Part shown: piece by piece, positions 1 through 15,742 of the stretch
Layout: each line of letters starts with the position of its first letter
Position numbering within the stretch: the first letter of the stretch is position 1
Position numbers and translations under genes: made by a program
Notes under the pieces: model-generated
Seen by the model: the letters and a program-made list of their open reading frames with translations, nothing else
The model's database searches: none
What the model was told of the DNA's origin: nothing
NCBI RefSeq assembly: GCF_009914755.1
Contig: NC_060948.1
Length of the DNA stretch: 64,000 nt
Reading direction: 5' to 3' (one strand)
Source: the human T2T-CHM13v2.0 reference genome, Homo sapiens

Positions 1-305
1 AGTCTATAATTCCAGCACTTTGGGAGACCAAGGCAGGAGAATCGCTTCAGCCCGGGAGTTTGAGACCAGCCTGGGGAATATGGTGAAACCCCATCTCTAC
101 AAAAACATACAAAAAATTAGCTGAGCATGGTGATGTGTGCCTATAGTCCCAGCTATTCAGGAGACTGAGCTAGGAGGATCACTTGAGCGCAGGCAGAGTT
201 TGCAGTGAACCATGATCACAGCACTGCACTACAGCTTGGGTGACAGAGTGATACCCTGTTTAAAACAAAAAAAAAAAAAAAAAAAAGAAAAGAAAGAAAA
301 AAAAT
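1..305 (+). mobile_element. AluJ-type SINE (5' end cut by window edge)
   Basis: Dimeric Alu with GAGTTTGAGACCAGCCTGGG, A-rich linker, J-type GGATCACTTGAGC and CATGATCAC, and an A-rich tail. Confidence 0.93.
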
Positions 306-404
306 CCTAGCTGACTGTTCTATGGTCTGTAGGTAGGTTTTATAGAGTGAAGGGCTAACATTCTTTTGGTTTTAGCTTACCATTCTCACTTTGTTATTAA
401 TACT

Positions 405-580
405 TCTTCATTCCTATTACCTTCTCCGTTCCTGCTTTCCTTTCCCCTTCGTTCTTTCCTCTTTCATTTTCTCTTTTCTTTCCCTTCTCCACTCCCTCTC
501 CCCTTTCTTCTTCCTTTCCCCCTTTCTTCTTCTTTCCCCTATCCCTTCTTTTATTTTTCAATTTCTCCTTCCTTTCTTTT
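405..580. repeat. Polypyrimidine (CT-rich) low-complexity tract
   Basis: About 175 bp dominated by C/T on the + strand. Confidence 0.9.
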
Positions 581-646
581 AAATCTGCTATACATATTTT
601 TTTAAATGATCATATTTCATCCAGCATTTCTGTGTGCTTCTAGTGG

Positions 647-647
<1 letters not shown>

Positions 648-677
<30 letters not shown>
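648..677. repeat. (TG)15 microsatellite
   Basis: Uninterrupted TG run. Confidence 0.97.
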
Positions 678-679
<2 letters not shown>

Positions 680-865
680 GGGTGGTGGTAATTGTGGGTC
701 ATCATTAACTTCTTCTGGTATATAATTGAAAGTCTATTTGACTCCAAGTCAAATTTCATGTTTGTGTACCTAATTGACTCAGGGCTCTGCATTCTATGAA
801 CATGTTAACTAACTTATATTTTCCCCATTTTAGAAAAGGGAAAATGACATTTTAATCAGATTAAA

Positions 866-935
866 CATGTTTACCTATGTAACAAAGATGCGCTTGTACC
901 CCTGAACCTAAAATAAAAGTAAAAAAAAATAAAGA
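866..935 (+). mobile_element. Short L1 3'-end fragment
   Basis: CATGTTTACCTATGTAACAAA...TACCCCTGAACCTAAAATAAAAGT followed by an A tail matches the L1PA/PB terminus. Confidence 0.75.
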
Positions 936-1149
936 AGGGAAAAAATAACCTCATCTCCAAATTGAAAGCAAGGAATGACAAATGTTGGAAATTTCTTAGA
1001 GTGATGCAAGATGATGGAGAAGAAATTTGGGGGCAGGTGTATTTTTAATACTCTCTATATCTCAACTACTCTAGTTAAATGTGGGGCTAATGTGTTGGCC
1101 TAAAGGAATACGTTTATGACTGAAATATCTGAAAAGTTAAAATATTTTA

Positions 1150-1312
1150 TTGAGCCCTTAACATGTATTAAGAACTCTTAACAACAACCCCATAAAATAA
1201 ATTACCCCCATGTTAAAGTTGAGGAAATGGAGGTAATGAAGTATAATGTGCCAACAGTCACACAGGTAATAAATGGCTAAGCCAAGATCCAAACCTAGGC
1301 AATATAGCTCTG
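1150..1312 (-). mobile_element. MIR SINE
   Basis: ACAACAACCC...GAGGAAA...AGTCACACAGGTAATAAATGG...CAAACCTAGGC is the reverse complement of the MIR core. Confidence 0.75.
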
Positions 1313-2069
1313 TTGTATTAATCAATATATTTAAATGACACTAAAGGCAAGAAAGATAAGTCAATAGAACAATTGATTCTATCATTTTCTTATATATAGG
1401 TCTGATGAAGCCTCTGTATTTTGTCAAAGGTCAAAAGTTTTATATGCTTAACAACAATAGCAATAAAAAGTAGATTGATAGTCATCATTTTCATAGCAGC
1501 TTGCCCTACCAGGGAAGAAAAAGGTGCTTTCTTCTAAGGAAAACATTATCAGGTAAGGACCTTAATTCAATAAATTGCTTGTTAATTCACAGACACCTGT
1601 CTTAGCAGCTGGCTAGAATACTGCTAGAACACTGAGACTGGATGATCCAGTATCTACATCTACCTTTGTGCATTTTTCTTTTACAGCATGGAAAGAAATG
1701 TTCAATTGCTTAGTTGTGTGAAGACATGAGGCCCCATCTTGATACTTTCTTTCCCTAATGAAACATTTCTTTTTTCAACAAAATTATTTTTTGGCTTAAA
1801 GAAGTAATTCCCATTTCTAGCTAGGCAGTCCCTATATGCCTTCATAAAGAAAGCATTGTTCGGCAACATACACCAATAAATAATACTAGACTTGAAAAAT
1901 TAGTTGTCTTGCTATTACTTCTTTTGTGTTTTCTTAAAAGTAATCTCACATATTTTTGGATGTTTACTTGGGAATACTGTGACACAAAGCCAGGTTAGGG
2001 CAGTGCCAGTATCATTTGACTGTGTATAAAACATGTGTGGAATTTATTTTAAAATTTATTTCATAAACA

Positions 2070-2190
2070 TACATCCAGGGATTCTGATTTGGTACTTCAT
2101 ACTAAGGGTGAGGTCCAGGAATCTACACTTAACAAATTTCCTGAAAATTTGGGTATAGGCAGTCTTTGGACCTTGCTTTTTGAAACTAAG
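2070..2190. mobile_element. MER5-type (hAT-Charlie) DNA transposon fragment
   Basis: CAGGGATTCTGATT...CCAGGAATCTACACTTAACAA resembles MER5A/B. Confidence 0.55.
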
Positions 2191-2451
2191 TTAAGCAGTA
2201 GTTCACATACATTTTGAGCATCTGATAAAATGATTTGTGCCTATCTAATGAGATTCACTATCTTTATTTCTGTGTTAAGCCTAGATTTCCTTTTTTCTCT
2301 AGAGCTTCATTCATTTAAGATGGAATTCCCTAATCCTCATTCTGTTTTTCAATCCAGTGGGAAATTGCTTTGTTTTCTTTTTCTGAAGTCCACCTTCAAT
2401 TTACTGGTCCCTTTATTATTCCATAACCTTTCATGTCCCCTGTTATCTTCT

Positions 2452-2740
2452 TAGTGGGCTAAGGGTACAGACTCTGGAGCTTGTCTTAGTTGGAATTTGG
2501 ACTGTAGAAGCTGGCTGTGCAACCATAAACAATTGGCTTAACCTCTCCTTGCTTACATTTAGTCATTTCTAAAATGGGGATGATAATAGTATTTAACACA
2601 TACTTTTCTTTGGAGATTAAATGATATAATACACTTTAATTAGGGTGCCAGGGCATGGTAAGTGCTCGATAAATACTACTTATCATCTGATATCTAGCAA
2701 CATCATGATCATCATCGTCATGATCATCACCATCATATGA
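2452..2740 (+). mobile_element. MIR SINE followed by a (CAT)n-like tract
   Basis: AGACTCTGGAGC...CTTAACCTCTC...TAAAATGGGGATGATAATAGT...GTAAGTGCTCGATAAAT. Confidence 0.85.
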
Positions 2741-2899
2741 TTTCCTACCAGGTTTGCTTCTTAGCTCTTCATTCTGGAGAGAGAATCTCATCTCTCTCTC
2801 TCCTAAACCCAAATAAATGAATCTGATGGCTAAATGGTACAATACTAAAACTCATTACACTACTGTTCCATTAATTTTATTTTTATATAAGAGAGTATA

Positions 2900-4020
<1,121 letters not shown>

Positions 4021-4190
4021 TAAAAGCCTGGCTTGTTATAATACGTATAGCACAGTCTTTCAGTTAAACACTGTGAGGGCTGGTTTTAGATCTCTTTTGT
4101 TGAGTATATCATTCCTTCAAGTATGCACTCATTCATTCATTTTTAAAATATTTTGAAGTAGTTACTGAAAGCAAAGTGCTAAGTAAACTC

Positions 4191-4480
4191 TTTTTTTTGG
4201 AGACAGGGTCTTGCTGTCTCACCCAGACTGGAGTATAGTGGTACAGTCACAGCTCACTGCAGCCTCAAACTCCTGGGTTCATGGTATTCTCCTACCTCTG
4301 CCTTCTGAGATGCTGGGATACAAGCACACACCACCACACTTGCCTACTCTTTTTTAAATATTTTATTTTTTGTAGATAGGGGATATCTTGCTGTATTGAC
4401 CAGGCTGGTCTCAAACTCCTGCCCTCAAGCAATTCTCCCACCTTGGCCTCCCAAAGTGTTGGGATTACAGGCATGAGCCT
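4191..4480 (-). mobile_element. AluJ
   Basis: GAGACAGGGTCTTGCT...CTCACTGCAGCCTCAAACTCCTGGG; TSD AGTAAACTCTTTT on both sides. Confidence 0.92.
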
Positions 4481-4911
4481 CAGTAAACTCTTTTATACTT
4501 ACCTGCACTTTGTAGTTGTTTTATGAACTTTAAGTGGCTAAATGAAAATTAACCTGTTTCACCCTTTGCCTCAGCTGCCAAGACCTTGAGGCCAAATATG
4601 TTAATCATTTGGAATTTCCTGCATATCTCAGAGTCCTAATAGTATACATTAGTATCTAGGAATTGGCTTCCTATACAGCAAATTGGTGAGCAATAATTTC
4701 CACATGAGGGTAAGTTAAGGAATTTAAACATGTTTATTTGCATTTTTTCATTCAAAATAAAGATAGCTTCATTGGGCCCTACATAAAAATGCATATTCTT
4801 ACAACTTAGATTACATACTTTATATGTTTTCTAATTGACAATGAGAATTAGGCACTATTTTATTGTTACTAAAATATTAATATATAGGCACAGTTGAGAA
4901 TACATAATATG

Positions 4912-5504
4912 TGTAAAAGAAAATAAAATTTCAGGACCCTCTGAATTTATAATGCTAAGGGAGAAGTTAAGCCCTAGTGATAGAATCATATATCACTTTT
5001 GCAATTCTGCTTCTTAAATGATAGATAACCCTCTTCCTCATTGTTTTTGTTACATAAATGACTAGGAGAGACCAAAGACCAGACCTTCCCACTTTCCAAT
5101 GGAAAGTGATTCAAACATTAACATTAACAAGCTATAATGTTTGTTATAGATTAACTGTCTCCTTTTTGGTCCTGTACTTGACTCAGACTAGATGATACCC
5201 AAGACCCAATAACTGTTACATCTTTGGTGTAAAATGTTCAATATGTCTCTCTGAAAGAAAAAGACCACCTTGACTAATCAGATTATTGAAACTATGTGTT
5301 ATGCCTTACATAGAAATATGTTGAAATTCTGTTAAACTTCCCTAAACTTTGTTTATATAAGCAATCCCAAACTTTTGCTCTTTGAAACACTGATTTCCAT
5401 TTTTTTGGAATCTGTACTTCTTAGGTAGAGCATCCTCAAACTTTGTGCTTGCATAAACTCTCTTTAAACTAGATTCTGACCATTTCGATTATTTTAGGTT
5501 GACA
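4912..5504 (+). mobile_element. 5' LTR of a MER4-group ERV1 (MER87-like)
   Basis: Starts TGTAAAAGAAAATAAAATTTCAGG and ends TTTTAGGTTGACA; homologous to 13646-14191; followed by a PBS-like TGGTAACTCAGAAGGAAC. Confidence 0.85.
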
Positions 5505-6046
5505 TTTTGGTAACTCAGAAGGAACCTGAAGCAAGTCTCCAAGATTCCTACCATTTTGCAGACAACTGGTGCCTTGATACCAGCGCATATGGCTTTTGTT
5601 CACCCAACCTCACCAGAGCTGGCAGGGGTCTCTGTCAAGACTCTTCTTGGGTTTCAAATCTCTCTAATTTTGGCTTGGAATTTGGGCCTTATTCAAGTGA
5701 CCTGAATCACACTCCCCAGAGCTGGAATTGAAGCTTTGCTTTTAAGGAAGGAGAATTATTTATTATTCTCTATAGAGTCTGCTGCCTGCAGATTTGTGAT
5801 TTTCATTTTCCTCTGAGGTTAAGATTTTATTTATCTTACTTATTAAAGTTTGCAATCTATTTCTCTCAGTAGAAGTTCAGTCAAGAAGAAAATGGTTTCT
5901 CTTTGAAAAGAAAAAGTGAAATTTTTGTAGCTTAAGCAACATATATGTAATCTTTAAAACTGACCAGATTCTGAGGCTTGATTAAATTGACAATTTGAAA
6001 CTTTCTTGAATGATCAAAATTCTTCACACTAGGTAATAATCTAAAT

Positions 6047-6590
6047 TATGAGCAGTCATACCTATAAGGCCAAGTCTTTATCCTCAAGGAGAAATCCACC
6101 TTTAGACACTCCAACTGAATTTATGTAAAATACTTATGGCACCATTTCCTGTTGATATCTAGAAAAATGGTCTTACTTAATGCATGAAGACCCCGAAATG
6201 GAGTACCTTTAAAAACAGGTAGCCAGAATAGGGTAACTTTAAAATACCTAAATTTTTGTTTATCTGTGTGCTCAATGAGAAACAGCCAGCTCTAAAGTAA
6301 ACTAAAAGAACTTGAAGAGATATTTTTCAATAGTACTTAGAAGGCTGTAAAAGAGGTTCTGATAAAGTCATTTCTTTGAAGGAAGAAAACAAAATATTGT
6401 CTAAAACTATTTTTTAAATTAAAAAAGTAAACACTGAAGGCTTTCTCCCTGTCACCTCCAACTGCTCGTTTTCTTTAGCCTGGAGCTCTGAACTCATCCC
6501 TTTCTGCTTATTTCTTCAGTTCCCATACATCTTTTAGGCAGAGATTTTTGGAATTCCACTATGCACACATTTCCTTTACTCAAAAGGGGG
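6047..6590 (+). pseudogene. Decayed retroviral gag (MA-like) and protease C-terminal remnants
   Basis: From 6495 reads HPFLLISSVPIHLLGRDF (retropepsin LLGRD motif); upstream YLEKWSYL resembles class I ERV MA; stops and frameshifts present. Confidence 0.6.
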
Positions 6591-6927
6591 ACAATGCTTT
6601 TAAATTTGGAACAGTGGGAATAAACAGAACAACTACAGAATGAAAATGAACCTAAGATTATAAAAATACAGATCCAACAAATTATTTCTAAACCAGAAAT
6701 GATGAACAACACTGATGATATATTGATGGAACAACAGATGAATCCTTTCAATGCCCTGGTTTATTTTGTGGTCCCTTGGAGATGTGAATCTTATGAAGTC
6801 TTTGAAATGGTAATATCCAGGGAATTAGCTAAGCAGCAGTTGAGATCAGATCTGAAACAAGTGAAAATTCTTTAAATACTCAAAGTGCCTGCTTTGGATC
6901 CCATACAGGATCTGCAAAAAGCACTCT

Positions 6928-7001
6928 GCCCTGTGGTCTAGTGGTTAGGATTCTGAGCTTTCATCACTGTGAACTGTTTTCAGTCCCTCATTAGGGAATC
7001 A
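6928..7001 (+). pseudogene. tRNA-Glu(TTC)-derived sequence inside the ERV internal region
   Basis: CCCTGTGGTCTAGTGGTTAGGATTCTGAGCTTTCATCACTGTG...TTAGGGAA aligns end to end with human tRNA-Glu; TTC at 6960-6962; T-arm decayed. Confidence 0.8.
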
Positions 7002-8664
7002 GTCTCATTTGTCTTAAATTATTTGTATGACTCCACACCTTTTAGGCACCTATTTGTTACTGAACCTTTTCCCTTCCATGGACAGCTTTCGATTTTCTGT
7101 CTTTTCATATGTGGGGCACATGGAGCTTTGGGGCCTTCATGTGTAAGTGCTCAGCTGAGAAGCTGATATCCTAGAAAATCTGGCCAGATAGAAATGTGGG
7201 TTGTATTCCATTTATGACTAGCAAGACTTTTCTTTCTTTGAGCTGTCTTTGGAGTAATTCTGGATCTTGTAAGGATTGCTTTACACGTCTTTGAAGATAT
7301 CTAGTTAATTCTTGGTTAAGTTGTAAATTTGGTTAAGGCTCACTGGTTTTGGTGGGTCACTCCACCAAAGGATACCTTTGGCTTTAAAAAAAGAAAAGTG
7401 GAATAAAGTATTTATAAAAGGTAAGCCTTCAGATAAGGTAGGCTTACTTCTTTTTCAGAGCTATCTATGATGACACTAGGCATAAAAAAATTATTTGCCT
7501 GCTTCCATAATGAGCTCCACTCCGGACTCAATAATTTTAGATAAGAAATAGAAGCTAAGTTGGCAAGACCACCCACTGAAGACAATTAGTATAAAAAGTA
7601 CATCTTTCTGGCATTTAGCTGGCTATTTTGAAATCCCTTTGTAAAAGAACTTTACAGGTATAAAGGAGATCTTCATTTGTAAGAACATCTCTCTTTCTGC
7701 ATGATGAATATATTGGCTCTAAGTTTACATAACAAACCTTACCTTTGTTCAAGATACTTTCCTGCAATTTTGTCTTGACTCAGCCTGTACCTATTTCATT
7801 CTTTCTCTCAGCAAATAATGCTGTTTACATCTAAGTTATTTGCCTTTGGGATGTAAATTTTGCCTGAGTCATGTCTTTTGGAAGAGCAAATTTACTGTTG
7901 CCTGGCTAACAATTATTTAGGGCTTGATAGTCTGAAGGAATGAGAGAAACTATTTGAAAACCAGCAAAGGAAAAACTTCGTGAAGCTATAAAATCTGCTT
8001 CTGTCTGTGTGTCTCTATGTCTATATGTTTATAGGCGACATTTCACTACCAAAACATGTGAAAGAGCTCTAAATAATTGGCTTAAAAAAAGTAAGTGCCT
8101 AAGTCAAATATTTTATCAGAAAAATAGAAACTAACTCCTCAAATGCCATTTAATTTGCATGACTTGTGTAAATCTTTGGTAAGTAAGAGTAGTTTAATAT
8201 TTTCAACTTAACAAAAACAATAATTTATTCTGTTATGAACAAAAAATGCATTCAACTTTATGATTTTTTGCTGCTATATTTGCTTAACATGCAGTAATAT
8301 AAAAATGGTAAATAAAAAATTAACGAGGTGATGGCTAGCTTAGTTTAACGAACTATTCAATCATAAATATTAGGAACAAATTAAATGAGATATAAGTTTA
8401 TAAATGAAGTTTTTACAGTTTCAAAAATATTTTAGTAATTTGATATCTTGAATTATTGTTATGTTAAATGAAGTGATAGATAAATATTTGATGACTGAGA
8501 CATTTCTAGGTAAGTTAAAATACTGAAACATTAATTATCAAATATAAGCTTAAGTTTATATAATTTGGCATATTATTTTTATATGGCATAGAAAAACTAA
8601 ATATGCTTAAATTTGTTGATAAACAAAAAAATCGAGGAAACATTTTTTAAAAATTATGAAATGG

Positions 8665-8979
8665 GGCCATGCACAGAGTGTCATGCCTGTAATTCCAGCT
8701 CTTTGGTAGGCTGATTTGGGAAGATTACTTGAGGACAGAAGTTTGAGACCAGCCTGGGAAACACAGCAAAACCTCATCGCTATCAAAAAATTTAAAAATT
8801 ACTCAGATGTGATGATGCATGCCTGTAGTTTCAGTTACTTGGGACGTTGACATGAGAGAATCCCAGATCCCTTGAGCTCAGAAGTTAGAGGTTATAGTGA
8901 GCTATGATTGTGCCAATACACTCCAGCCTGAGTAACAGAGCAAAACCTTATCGCTTAAAAATAATAAATACGTATACCG
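8665..8979 (+). mobile_element. AluJ (diverged) inside the ERV
   Basis: Dimeric Alu; approximate TSD ATTATGAAATGG / ATTATAAAATAG. Confidence 0.88.
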
Positions 8980-11466
8980 ATTATAAAATAGTATTCTTCT
9001 ACAAATAGTGGTATAAAATGTTTTAAAATTACTTACTTTCTAGGTTTTTCACAGAAACTTAGGGTTACTGAGTTAATATTATAATTAATATATGTAATTG
9101 ATAGTACTAAATTGTACTAAGTACAATTCTAAATGCAAAATATATTTTTAAAATAGCACTTTTTGGAAAAAAGGTTATAAGAAAAACATAAATATGTGAT
9201 TTTTATTAAAGAAAAGATGATTTTTTTTCTGGTTTAAATGTTATTTGAAGTTTGTTTCAAAATGAAGTAAAATGATATGTAGAAAAAACTTTAATTGGAT
9301 CTAAAAGTTGGGGAAAGAAAAAAATGAAAAAAATTGTAAGATATTACAAATGTTGCATAAAAATCTTCTAATATGTGTTCCAAGCAAATTGAGATTAGAT
9401 GAATTTGATTTTAAGGTTTTATTAATATTAGCTTTTGTATTTTAAATACATGAATATAAAAGTAAAATTTGTGTTTTCGAACATGAATTTTGTATAGTAT
9501 TAATAAGAGATAGTAAAAGATTTGTTTCCCTTCTGAGTAAATTGCAGAAACAATAATAGAGGTGGGCAGAGACGGAGAGACATGTCCTTTTGGTATCATT
9601 CTATCTTCTGAGGATCTTTTAATTGTTTGGGAAATTGAGTCTCTATCAGGTTAATGCCCTTTGCCTTTTGAAATCTTTGAATTATCATTTTAGCTACATA
9701 AATGACATTTTACAGTGACCTGCGATCCTAATTTTAATATTAAGTGTTTCCAATCTTTGATATTTGGCATACTCCCCCAAATCAAATTTTAAATTCTAAA
9801 ATTAAGATTTTTTTTTTACGTGAACTAACTTAAATGTAACAAATAGGAATCCATGGAAGTCCAAGCAAGACATATTAGGATTATTTGGTATGTTAAAATT
9901 ATGTGGGAAGAATTCATAAATAAGAAATGGTGTTTAATTTAAGTTATATTTGTATAAATGTTATTAATGTTTTTTAAAAATTGTATGATATTCCTAAATT
10001 CTGATATGTCTTCATGTATGTTGTCAGTCATAATTAGGATTATTAAGTTAAATTGTTATATGCCACAGAAATGACCAAATTTTCTTCTCAATTGCATCTT
10101 TAAGCATGGCTAATCTAAGTCTTTTGTCACACATAAACAATTATTGTTTGATTTTTTTCAGAAAATGGTTTTCAATTCTCTACAGTTCAAAATTTGCCTT
10201 TTCTTCAAGGAAATTCATAAAAAGAAAAAGGACATTGGCAAGTACTCTTAAATAAGGATTTCTGATAACTTTGGAGATTATACCTTTCATTGGACTAGAT
10301 AAAACATTTCCAGGACTCTAATTAAAAAGCAAATACCTTTATAAGGAATGCTAAGCCAACATTAAGCAGAATAAGAATTAAATGCATGGAATTGTTATAG
10401 AATTCAGTCATTTTTTATTACTTTTTTGTTTGAAACATTGCTGATTTACTTCTTATTTTATTTTCCAGAATCAAGAAAACAATTCAATAAGAATCCATTT
10501 TCCTTGATAACAGGACACAATTGAAAACACTGGTTATTTAACCAAAGCTTCATCTGAAATGGCATATTTTACGGATATGACGAGACTGCTTTGAGGAATT
10601 TAAGTGGACCTTATAAAGTTGATAAAGAGCCCCTTAGAAAGATTGGCCTAGTACCTCATCTACTTGGTTCCCTTAGGAGCCTAGGAACCTCAAGATATTT
10701 GGGGACCTCAAGAAGAGAGAAATTCAATCAATTTATGCACATATTACAGGCATAGTGTAATGGTGAATCATTGGCTTGGTTTCCCGGTCTTAAAAGGCTT
10801 TTAGAAGTCGAATTTGAGACTCTTTATGAAAACATTCCAGCAAAGTCAACTTAAAGGACCCTATATGACCATTCATTATTCTTGTTTATGCAAATAATCA
10901 GGCCAAGTAAAATACTAAAACTTATTTTGCAAGTAAGTTGGTTTTGCTAAGATATATCTTTGGTAGAAATGGGGAACTGGGGAGAGAAAAATTATGTATC
11001 AGGGAAAATTATAACAAACCTATTATTACATTCCAGCTCTCATCATTATTTCTGAGTTTGTATTATTTTCCTACAATTTGGACTAAATCCCAAATTATTT
11101 TATGGCTACAACAGGTCTATAAAGAAGGACTGGGTTTTAATTTTCTTCATGATGTTTTTAGTTGACTCCCCAGTGAAATAGGTTTTTTGTTCTGACACAC
11201 GAATTCTCTTTTTAACTATAATCCTTATGTACACTATATTTCTGCTATGTATCTCTCATTGTTTTACTTCTCCCAAGAAAATTAACCCATAATGCTTCCA
11301 AAGATTAGAGATGATTCAATAATTAACAACAGCTGTATAAATCAGCAACTTGACTGAGGTTGCATTGTTGCCACCCTGTTCTGCCATCCTAGTTTGTCTT
11401 TTGACACTCATAAAATTCTTCAGTGAGATGTATCGTCCTCACTTTCATGGGACATGACTTCCATAG

Positions 11467-13555
<2,089 letters not shown>

Positions 13556-13645
13556 GCGACATGGGATTTTGTCATAAATACACTACCTAAATACCTGATT
13601 CTTAGGCAATGTTTTCTCCAAAAGATTTTGAAGAAAAGTGGGATA

Positions 13646-14191
13646 TGTAAAAGAAAATGAAATTTCAGGTTCTTTTAAATGTATTATATAAAGGGCCTAT
13701 AAATCCCTAAAGTCTGAGTTACAGCATTTTTCTAATTCTGCTTCTTAAATTACAAATTAACTCCCTTTCTCATTGTTCTTGTTCTGTACATTACTAGGAG
13801 ACCAAAGAGCAGTCCTCCACCTTACAATCACTCATCTTTGTTACAGATTAACTGCCTATTTTATTTTCCTTTACCTAACTCAGACCAGATGGCATCCAAG
13901 GCCTATGATTGTTACATCACTTCTTTAGTGTGAAATGTTAAATATACCTTTCCAAAAAAAAAGCACCTCAATTATTCAGATTATTCTCATGAAGCATTAA
14001 GCCTTATATAGAAAGATGTTAGAATTCTGTTAAACTTCCATAAACTTTGTTTACATGTCATCCCAAACTTTTACACTTCAGAGCACTGACTTCCATTTTT
14101 TGAAATCTGTGCTTTGCTCATCCTCAAAATTTGTACTTGAATAAATTCCAATTAAAATAGATTCTGACCTTTTGATTATTTTAGGTTCACA
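13646..14191 (+). mobile_element. 3' LTR of the MER4-group ERV1 (MER87-like)
   Basis: TGTAAAAGAAAATGAAATTTCAGG...TTTTAGGTTCACA; contains AATAAA; preceded by the PPT. Confidence 0.85.
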
Positions 14192-15101
14192 TTGAATGTG
14201 TATTTCCATTCTTAAATCTTGGAATGATAATGTGTCAGACTGTCTGTAGTTTTCAGGCCACAGGTTACTAATCACTCCTCCATATGTTTCCTTTAGTATT
14301 TACAACTATCTTACTGTGCACTGTATTTTAATCTATAAGCTACCTAAATATATCTTCTGGCTAATGAGGGTAAACATTTCAAAATATGTAAGACAAGGAA
14401 TAGAGAAATGAAGAGACATATTGAAGAGAAATGGAGTTTATTTGCTTTTTCACTGACATCTTTTTCTAAGGAATACAAATTTATGTACTTTGGCAATGAT
14501 CACTCTTGACACTAAACATACTTATTTACTCTTTGAGCTGTTTCAGCAATGAAAAGATATGAGGACAGTGTTTGAGAAAGAAAGGTTCAGGTGTATATGT
14601 CCTTTATATTAGATGATATTTTTGAAAATGGCTCTTTTGGTGTTATTCATTATTGTTCAGTAGGAAGATAAACTTTTTTTTACAATTATACATAGTTTGA
14701 CTTTTAAAATAAAAGTATGAATTTAATTTTGTGATAAAAACATAAGAAAACAAAAATGTAATTAATATGCTATAAGACAAATATATTACATTAATTATAA
14801 GAGAACAATATGCCGAAGGAAATGAGCAAAGAATAAGGACAGACAGATTCTCTGTGTATGTGTGTGAGTGTGTATATATATACACACAAAAAAATTCACT
14901 AGAAATTTCTTAAGCTAAAATTAATAAATATCCTAGAAAGTAGAACCAAAGACTAAGAAATGGGAATTAGAGAAAATAAACAAAAGACCAATGAGGTTAA
15001 CTCAGGAGGTCTAACATTTGATTACTAAAAATTTATTCTAAAGACGAAATGAAAAAAATAGAGAGGAACCTATGTGACTATCGGGGGCAGGTTCCCCAAT
15101 A

Positions 15102-15501
15102 CTAGATAAAGAAAATGTGGCACATATAAACCATAGAATACTATGCAGCCATAAAAAGGAATGGGTTCATGTCCTTTGCAGGGACATGGATGAAACTAGA
15201 AACCATCATCCTTGGCAAACTAACACAGGAACAGAAAACCAAACACCGCATGTTCTAACTCATAAGTGGGAGCTGAACAATGAGAACACATGGACACAGG
15301 GAGGGGATCATCACATAATGGGGCCTGTCGTGTGGTGGTGGGAAAGGGGAGGGAGAACATTAGGACAAATACCTAATGCATACAGAGCTTAAAACCCAGA
15401 TGACAGGTCGATAGGTGCAGCAAAGGCACATATGTATCTATGTAACAAACCAGCACGTTCTGCACATGTATCCCAGAACTTAAAGTAAAATTAAAAAAAA
15501 A
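15102..15501 (+). mobile_element. L1PA 3' end with poly(A)
   Basis: GATAAAGAAAATGTGGCACAT...GGGACATGGATGAA...GCACATGTATCCCAGAACTTAAAGTA plus A tail. Confidence 0.92.
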
Positions 15502-15552
15502 CTACAATATAACATTTTATTGATATTGATAATCACCATGAAGATCTCCCCT

Positions 15553-15629
15553 GTTGGTTCCAAGTATTTGCTATTGTGAACAGTGCTGCAATAAATATTC
15601 GTGTGCATGTGTCTTTATAGTGGAATAAT
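15553..15629 (-). mobile_element. Short antisense L1PA ORF2-end fragment
   Basis: GTTGGTTCCAAGTATTTGCTATTGTGAACAGTGCTGCAATAAA...GTGTCTTTATAG. Confidence 0.85.
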
Positions 15630-15742
15630 CAAATGACAAAATTCAATTTTGTTATAGCTCTGAGGTAATGCCATCCTTGTCATACATTCTTTCGAATATT
15701 TTTGCAAGAGCAGAAAGCAGTATTGACTATAAGATGAAGTGA

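Noticed and set aside
366-605. Hydrophobic F/L/P/S-rich ORFs
   Set aside because: They are translation artefacts of the CT-rich tract.
6928-7001. Functional tRNA gene
   Set aside because: The T-arm/B-box (GTTTTCAGTCC) and several stem pairs are disrupted, so it is called a pseudogene.
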